Origin: Alphaproteobacteria bacterium
GTDB taxonomy: Bacteria > Pseudomonadota > Alphaproteobacteria > UBA828
NCBI GenBank assembly: GCA_965221125.1
Contig: CBDCRW010000007.1
Span: 384,001 to 448,000, forward strand
Length of the DNA stretch: 64,000 nucleotides
Direction of reading: 5' to 3'
Part shown: positions 54,330 through 64,000 of the stretch, piece after piece
Numbering within the stretch: the stretch's first letter is position 1
Layout: the number at the start of each line of letters is the position of its first letter
Notes under the pieces: generated by a model
What the model saw: the letters and a program-made list of their open reading frames with translations, nothing else
The model's database searches: none
Told to the model about the DNA's origin: nothing
Translations under genes and position numbers: made by a program

Positions 54330-54986
54330 TCAATCCGATGCGCGCTTTTGCGCCCAGCCCCAATTGCCGTCGTCGATCCTGCAATTGCCGAAGCCGGGGT
54401 GCTGCTCCACCAGGAGCGAGAACACCTTTCCGACCTGCGCCGTCGTGGCTTCTTCATCGCTGAGCCGGGCGGCGCGCTGGCGAACGGTCGGGGTGGGGCT
54501 GTTGGCCATCGTCCAGCGCAGATCGTCGAACAGCAGCCAGCCTCCCGGTCTCAGCAGTTTCTCGACCAGGAAGAAGCCGAATCCGGTCACGTCCCACGTG
54601 TGTCCCGCGTCCAGGTAGCAGAAGTCGAAGCGGGGCCGGCAGCAGCCGTCCACGGTCGCCGCCTCGATGACCTTCATCAGCTCCCAGGTGAACGAGCGCT
54701 TGGCAAAGACCGGCCGGACCCACGCGCCCAGTCCCGTGCGTTCGAGCAGCGTTTCGATGTTGGGCGTGCGGTTGCGGGCGCCTTCCAGGTCCATAGTCAG
54801 GACCGAGCCGGAGCCAAGCTCCCGGACAGCGGCGCCGAGGTAGCAGCTCGACTTTCCGTGCGCGAAGCCGAGCTCCAGGATGTCGCGGCACTCGTTCTCG
54901 ATGACGAAGTCGTAGAGCGAGCGCGCCCGGCGAGAGGAGATGAAGGGCAGTCCGTCGAGCTGACTGTCGATCCGGTCGAAACCCAT
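54330..54986 (-). CDS. Class I SAM-dependent methyltransferase (Methyltransf_24-like)
   Basis: ILELGFAHGKSS, FDFCYLDAGH, LRPGGWLLFDD. Confidence 0.85.
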   Translation of the reverse strand: MGFDRIDSQLDGLPFISSRRARSLYDFVIENECRDILELGFAHGKSSCYLGAAVRELGSGSVLTMDLEGARNRTPNIETLLERTGLGAWVRPVFAKRSFTWELMKVIEAATVDGCCRPRFDFCYLDAGHTWDVTGFGFFLVEKLLRPGGWLLFDDLRWTMANSPTPTVRQRAARLSDEEATTAQVGKVFSLLVEQHPGFGNCRIDDGNWGWAQKRASD

Positions 54987-55009
54987 TCCCGGTTCGCTTC
55001 GGCTCACGT

Positions 55010-55396
55010 TCAGGCGACAGCGACGGCGTCGATCTCCACCTTCCATTCGGGGCGGACGAGGCCGGCCACCACGATGGTCGTCGATGCGGCCTTGTGGTCG
55101 GCGCCCAGGTGCTGCCGCCGGGCGGCTGCGAGCAGGGGAACGTAGTCGGCGTCCAGCATGTAGGTGATGGTGCGTACGATGTTGGCGGGCGTCATGCCGG
55201 CGTCGGCGAGGACGGCCTCGATGTTGCCCCAGACGCATTCGATCTGCGCCGCCACGTCCTCGGGCACGGTGCCGTCGGGGGCCGTGCCGACCTGCCCCGA
55301 TACGTGCAGCAGGCGCGAGACGTCGACGGCCTCGACGCCGTGGTCGTAGTGGCCGAACGGCCCGGCGATGCCGGCCGGGTTGTATGTCTTGAGCAT
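55010..55396 (-). CDS. RidA family protein
   Basis: Y.HG, VSGQVG, NIEAVL..AG, AST...V.GL..P.WKVEIDA.A. Confidence 0.88.
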   Translation of the reverse strand: MLKTYNPAGIAGPFGHYDHGVEAVDVSRLLHVSGQVGTAPDGTVPEDVAAQIECVWGNIEAVLADAGMTPANIVRTITYMLDADYVPLLAAARRQHLGADHKAASTTIVVAGLVRPEWKVEIDAVAVA

Positions 55397-55434
55397 GGTG
55401 GCCTCCTGACTCTCTCGCGTGGACCGGCAGGTGG

Positions 55435-56016
55435 CTAGGCTGCGGCGCGGGGGCCCACCGGGCAGTGCGCCTCGCGCTCCACCAGGTCGTAGACGAAGAG
55501 GAACTTCGCGATTCCGGTGAGCACCGCCGCCACCATACCGAGCTCGAAGATCTCGCCGTCGTCGAAGTGGGCGGAGAGATCGGCGTAGAGGGCGGGCGTG
55601 AGCTGGCCTTCCATGTTGGGGAGCACCATCTCGGCACCGAGGCGCAGCACGGCGCGCTCGCGCTCGTCGAAGACGTCGCTCGCCTCGTTCATGATGGCGT
55701 CGAGCTGGGCATCGGTGACGCCGGCGCGGCGCGCGGCCTCGACGTTGCCCTTGTTGCAGAAGGCGCAGCCGTGGGTCATCGAGAGCCGGTAGCGCAGCAG
55801 CTCCTTGATCCTGACCTCGACGCGCCCGCCATAGAAGACGCCCTCGTAGAAGCTCTTGAAGTACCACTCGAGCATGTGGGGGGCGTTGGCGCCGATCTCG
55901 TAGAAGGTCGCATCGCCGCCCTTGCTCTCCTGCAGCGTGCGGCTCTCCTGGTAGGCATCGCGCAGCCAGCCGTCCATGGCGTCCGGCGCGATCCGTTGCA
56001 GCAAGGGGTTGGGCAC
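55435..56016 (-). CDS. Carboxymuconolactone decarboxylase/AhpD family protein
   Basis: KELLRYRLS..HGCAFC CxxC, F.ERERA.L. Confidence 0.8.
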   Translation of the reverse strand: MPNPLLQRIAPDAMDGWLRDAYQESRTLQESKGGDATFYEIGANAPHMLEWYFKSFYEGVFYGGRVEVRIKELLRYRLSMTHGCAFCNKGNVEAARRAGVTDAQLDAIMNEASDVFDERERAVLRLGAEMVLPNMEGQLTPALYADLSAHFDDGEIFELGMVAAVLTGIAKFLFVYDLVEREAHCPVGPRAAA

Positions 56017-56205
56017 GCTCTCCTCCTTTATCGCTCACGGCAGCCGGCCGTCGCGCGATTCCGCGCGCCTACCGGCGCGACGGCCGGCGCCTCCGCGAGG
56101 GCGCCGCATACGCGGCGGGCCGCTGTCGCGGCCTGTCGCACGTCCGTCAAAGTCGGACGCGCTCTATGCGCTCAGCAAGACCATGACACGGGCGAGACGT
56201 GCCGC

Positions 56206-56856
56206 CTAGTCGTCTGCCTCCTTGAGCGCGGCGATGATCTCGTCGGGCTCGAGCCGTTGGGTGTAGTCCGCGTCGACGAAGGCCTTGAGCACCGTGCCGC
56301 CCTTGCCGATGACGAAGGTGGCCGGGACGGGCAGGGTCTGGCTCCCCTCGCCGTTGGAGGCCTCCAGGTCGATGCCGAAGCCCTTGTAGATGTCGTTGAC
56401 CGCATCGGGCAGGCGGAAGGTGAGGCCGAAGGCGCTCGCCACCCGGTTGCCGTCGTCGCTCAGCACGTCGAAGCCGATCTCGTTCTTCTCCTGCGTGGTG
56501 AGCGCGTTGTCCGGCGTTTCCGGCGTGATCGCGACCAGGCGCGCGCCCAGCGCCTCGATCTCCGGCAGCCGGTCCTGCAGCGCCTTCAGCTCGATGTTGC
56601 AGTAGGGGCACCAGCCGCCGCGGTAGAAGGAGACCACGGCCGGGCCGTCGCTCCACAGCGCCTCGGAGGCGACCGGCTCGCCGTGCGCGTTGGGGAGCGA
56701 GAAATCCGGGGCGGCGCTGCCTTCGCCCGCGCTCTGCTCGGCGATGCCGGAAGCGATGAGGTCTTTCGTGGCTCCCTGCATCACGGCGAGGGTCTCCGGC
56801 GGGAATTTCTGCGCGGAAGCGGCCCGCAGCCTGGCCAGTTCGTCCTCCAGGGGCAT
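56206..56856 (-). CDS. Peroxiredoxin-like AhpC/TSA family protein
   Basis: APDF.LP, FYRGGWCPYCN.EL, LPVPATFVI, DY..RLEP. Confidence 0.88.
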   Translation of the reverse strand: MPLEDELARLRAASAQKFPPETLAVMQGATKDLIASGIAEQSAGEGSAAPDFSLPNAHGEPVASEALWSDGPAVVSFYRGGWCPYCNIELKALQDRLPEIEALGARLVAITPETPDNALTTQEKNEIGFDVLSDDGNRVASAFGLTFRLPDAVNDIYKGFGIDLEASNGEGSQTLPVPATFVIGKGGTVLKAFVDADYTQRLEPDEIIAALKEADD

Positions 56857-57130
56857 TCGGTCGTACTCCTCGGTTGGTCCGCCGGGCGCATCGCTCCGGC
56901 AGCCCTCCTTTCAAGCAGCAAATCTGCGCCGGAGTCCAGGCTTTCGGGGCCGGTGCGACGGGTTGGGGGCGGGCCCAGTCCGGGGCCGCTCCTGCGGTTG
57001 CGCGGGCCGGGTGAGTGTGCTACCCATCCGACGCCTTGTCCGGGACGGGCGCCCGCGAGGCTTTTTTTGCGGCCGCGATGCGGGAATTCCGCGTCCACGG
57101 GCGCATCCGAAGCAGACCTGGGGAGTGGCG

Positions 57131-57688
57131 GTGGCTGGGCAATCGGTCGGCGGAGCCGGTCTCGCAGATCGTTACGCGACCGCGCTCTTCGAGCTTGCTC
57201 TGGAGCGGGACGCGGTCGAGCAAATCGAGCGCGACCTCGAAGCCATCCGCGCGCTCGTGGACGGCAGCGACGACCTGAAGCGCGTCGTCCGCAGCCTGAC
57301 GCTCAGCCGCAGCGAGCAGGGCAAGGCCCTCGACGCGGTGCTGGAGCGGCTGGGATCGAGCCAGTACGTCAGGAATTTCGTGGCCCTGCTTGCCCGCAAC
57401 CGGCGGGTCTTCCTGCTGACGGACATGATCGCCGCGTTCCAGGCGAAGCTCGCCGAGCATCGCGGCGAGGTCTCGGCGGAAGTGACGTCGGCCGTGCCGC
57501 TCAAGTCCAACCATCTGGATGCCGTGAGGGAAGCGCTGCGCAACATCGTCGGCCGCGATGTGGCGCTGGAGATCCGCGTCGATCCCGCGCTGATCGGCGG
57601 GCTCACGGTGCGCGTCGGCTCGCGCATGCTCGACAACTCGCTCAGGACGAAGTTGCAGAATCTCGAATTGGCGATGAAGGGGATCTGA
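57131..57688 (+). CDS. atpH: ATP synthase F1 delta subunit
   Basis: [30 protein letters not shown]. Confidence 0.92.
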   Translation: MAGQSVGGAGLADRYATALFELALERDAVEQIERDLEAIRALVDGSDDLKRVVRSLTLSRSEQGKALDAVLERLGSSQYVRNFVALLARNRRVFLLTDMIAAFQAKLAEHRGEVSAEVTSAVPLKSNHLDAVREALRNIVGRDVALEIRVDPALIGGLTVRVGSRMLDNSLRTKLQNLELAMKGI

Positions 57689-57689
57689 C

Positions 57690-59219
<1,530 letters not shown>

Positions 59220-59252
59220 GCTTTGGCATCGTTGAGAAAATAGGCGACTGCC

Positions 59253-61608
<2,356 letters not shown>

Positions 61609-61635
61609 GGAAGCGCAGGAGCCTGAGGAACGGCC

Positions 61636-62037
61636 ATGGCCGACACCCTGCAGTTCGAGCTTGTCGCGCCGGAGCGGCTGATCTTCTCCGGCGACGTCGA
61701 GATGGTGGTGGTGCCGGGCGCCGAGGGCGACTTCGGCGTGCTGCCGGGCCACACGCTGCTGCTGTCGACGCTGCGGCCGGGGGTGATCGAGATCTACGAG
61801 AACGAGAAGCCCAAGGACCGCTACGTGGTGGCCGAAGGCTTCGCCGAGGTCACGGGCGAGCGCTGCACGGTGCTGTCCACCGAGGCGTTCGAGGCCGGCG
61901 CCATCGACCGCGCCCAGGCGGACGCGCGACTGGAGCAGGCGCAACTGCGGCTGCGGGACGCCGAGGGCGAGGAGGAGCGCGCGAAGTACGAGCGCGAGGT
62001 CGAGCTGGCCGAGCTTCTGGCCGCCAACGCCGGCTGA
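61636..62037 (+). CDS. atpC: ATP synthase F1 epsilon subunit
   Basis: LVAPE, PG.EGDFGVLPGH, GFAEV. Confidence 0.95.
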   Translation: MADTLQFELVAPERLIFSGDVEMVVVPGAEGDFGVLPGHTLLLSTLRPGVIEIYENEKPKDRYVVAEGFAEVTGERCTVLSTEAFEAGAIDRAQADARLEQAQLRLRDAEGEEERAKYEREVELAELLAANAG

Positions 62038-62180
62038 GCCGCGCGCGGGCGGGGCGGCGGTCGGCGCCAAGGAGAGTTTTTGCAAAACGAAGCCAATTTC
62101 GCGTAAGGCGTTGTTTTGTTTGTAAAATAAGGGAATTTCAACCCCGGCGCCGGGGCGTCACGTCGTCAGGAGAGTGAGCC

Positions 62181-63083
62181 ATGCCGAGGACCGTCTCCAT
62201 CGCGGCGTGCCAGTTCGTGGTCAGGCCGGCCGGCAGCTTCGACGAGTTCGCCGCGCACGCCCGCGGGCTGCTGGACCGGGCAGAAGGCGCGGACCTCGTG
62301 CTGTTCCCCGAGCTCTTCACCATCGAGCTGTTCACGACCTTTCCGGACTGGATGGACCTGCCGGTCTCCGAACTGACCCGCATTCACCAGTACGGCAACA
62401 CCAGCTACACCGAAGACTACCGCCGCCTCTTCGAGAGCGAGGCCAAGGAGCGGGGGCAGCACATCGTCGCCGGCTCGCACCTGGAGAGGAAGGGCGGCAG
62501 GTATCTCAACGTCGCCTACCTCTACGGCCCCGACGGGCTCGTTCACACCCACGACAAGACGCATATCTTCCCGGCCGAGGCGCAGTGGTCGACCGAGGAA
62601 GGCGATACCATCGAGATGGTCGAGCTCCCCTTCGCCAGGGTCGGGTTCAACGTGTGCTACGAGGCCGAGATACCGGAGTGCGCGGCGAGCCTTGCGGAGC
62701 AGGGCGCCGAGATCATCCTGTGCCCGTCGCTCACCTTCACGGAAGAGGGTTTCTGGCGCGTCCGCCACTGCGCCCAGGCGCGCGCGATCGAGAACCAGGT
62801 GTACGTCGTCCACTGCGGGGGCAGCGCCGTGCTCCCGCCCGGCGGGCCGCTGCCGTCGCCCTGGGGGCGCAGCGCGATCCTGAGCCCGTGCGATGCCCCG
62901 TGGGACGCGCCGAACGGCGTCGTCGCCGAATCGCCGGCGCCCAACATCGAGACCGTGGTGCGGGGCGTGGTCGACCTCGACAGGCTCCATGAGAACCGGG
63001 AGAACGGCGCCGCACCCACCTTCCGGGACCGCCGCCGCCGCGCGGACCTCTACGGGGCGTGGCCCGGCCACTTCAACGCGTGA
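62181..63083 (+). CDS. Carbon-nitrogen hydrolase (nitrilase family)
   Basis: E-K-C triad: FPELF, KTH, VCYE; ARAIENQ. Confidence 0.88.
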   Translation: MPRTVSIAACQFVVRPAGSFDEFAAHARGLLDRAEGADLVLFPELFTIELFTTFPDWMDLPVSELTRIHQYGNTSYTEDYRRLFESEAKERGQHIVAGSHLERKGGRYLNVAYLYGPDGLVHTHDKTHIFPAEAQWSTEEGDTIEMVELPFARVGFNVCYEAEIPECAASLAEQGAEIILCPSLTFTEEGFWRVRHCAQARAIENQVYVVHCGGSAVLPPGGPLPSPWGRSAILSPCDAPWDAPNGVVAESPAPNIETVVRGVVDLDRLHENRENGAAPTFRDRRRRADLYGAWPGHFNA

Positions 63084-63157
63084 GCGCGCGCGCAACCGGC
63101 CCCGCCTGTGCTATAGTGCCGGCCGCCGTCGACTCGTCGCAATCCAGGAAGCGGAGC

Positions 63158-64000
63158 ATGGGTACCTGGACCCTTGATGACATCCCGTGGGACCAGTTCG
63201 ACCGATCGAAGGTCGACCCGGAGATGGTCAAGATCGCCAAGGCGGCGTGCATGGTGGAGCACCACAGCGCCGACTACGGCAAGTATCTCTGCGGCGTCTT
63301 CCACGACGATCCCGACTTCTGCGCCGACGCGCTCGCGTGGGCGGAGGAGGAGGTGCAGCACGGCGCGGTGCTCAGGCGCTACGCCGAGTTGGCGGACCCG
63401 TCATTCGACTTCGATGCGACCTTCGCGCGCTTCGTCGCCGGCCACCCCATCGACACCGAGGCGAGCGATTCGATCCGGGGCTCGCGCTGCGGCGAGATGG
63501 TGGCGCGCTGCATCGTCGAGGTCGGCACGTCGGCCTACTACAGCGCGCTGCGCGATGCTGCCGAGGAGCCCGTGTTCAAGGCGATCTGCAAGCGGATCGC
63601 GGGCGACGAGTTCCGCCACTACAAGCTCTTCTACAGCACCATGAAGCGCTACCGGGACATCGAGGGCATGGGACGCCTCAGCCGGGCCAGGGTGGCGTTA
63701 GGCCGCCTCTGCGAGGCGAGCGACGACGAGCTCTCCTACGCCTACCATTGCGGCGCCGGCGAGCCCGATCCCTACGTTCGCCGCCGCGCGACCCTAGCCT
63801 ATGCGGCGCGCACGCTGCCGCTCTACCGGCGCGACCACGTGCAGCGCGGCGTGGGCATGACGCTGAAGTCCATCGGCATCAAGCCGCAGTCGCGGCTGGG
63901 CAGGGTCATCGGCGCGGTGACCTGGTACGTGCTCAGGCTCTACGTGCGCCGTCTGGCGCTGGTGAGAGAAGCGGGCGAAACTCCGCGATCACCGCTTCGT
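63158..64000 (+). CDS. Ferritin-like di-iron protein (rubrerythrin/acyl-ACP desaturase-like), 3' end beyond the window
   Basis: Manual translation: W..DDIPW..FD, W..EEVQHG, VEVGTS.YY, IAGDEFRHY; no stop before the window end. Confidence 0.8.
   Translation, partial: MGTWTLDDIPWDQFDRSKVDPEMVKIAKAACMVEHHSADYGKYLCGVFHDDPDFCADALAWAEEEVQHGAVLRRYAELADPSFDFDATFARFVAGHPIDTEASDSIRGSRCGEMVARCIVEVGTSAYYSALRDAAEEPVFKAICKRIAGDEFRHYKLFYSTMKRYRDIEGMGRLSRARVALGRLCEASDDELSYAYHCGAGEPDPYVRRRATLAYAARTLPLYRRDHVQRGVGMTLKSIGIKPQSRLGRVIGAVTWYVLRLYVRRLALVREAGETPRSPLR

Overview
High-GC alphaproteobacterial (Rhodospirillales-like) chromosomal window. It is mostly housekeeping and metabolic genes: a fused double ABC exporter, acoAB-like E1 subunits, F420 genes cofC-fbiC, a pyrB-C-D-F-E cluster, hydantoinase A/B plus racemase, xerC-fsa-priA, pcm-rhodanese-tolC, a HisD/HpsN-like dehydrogenase and atpHAGDC. 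It also carries two toxin-antitoxin loci. The standout is a compact, single-strand Mu-like siphophage head-tail module at 40633-54287. It encodes protease/scaffold, decoration protein, capsid, neck, tail tube, a chaperone with a -1 slippery site, a very short 259-aa tape measure, TipJ and a fibre. I find no portal, terminase, transposase/integrase, replication or lysis genes in it. An IS1380 (CTAG target duplication) splits the protease gene and the chaperone gene is frameshifted. The module carries three copies of a ~85-bp structured repeat that also occurs in a host operon. Its upstream region shares a 22-bp motif plus start-codon context with a locus 40 kb away. It is either a domesticated GTA-like or DNA-less particle system, or a heavily streamlined prophage relic. 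All family assignments come from motif recognition by eye, not database searches.
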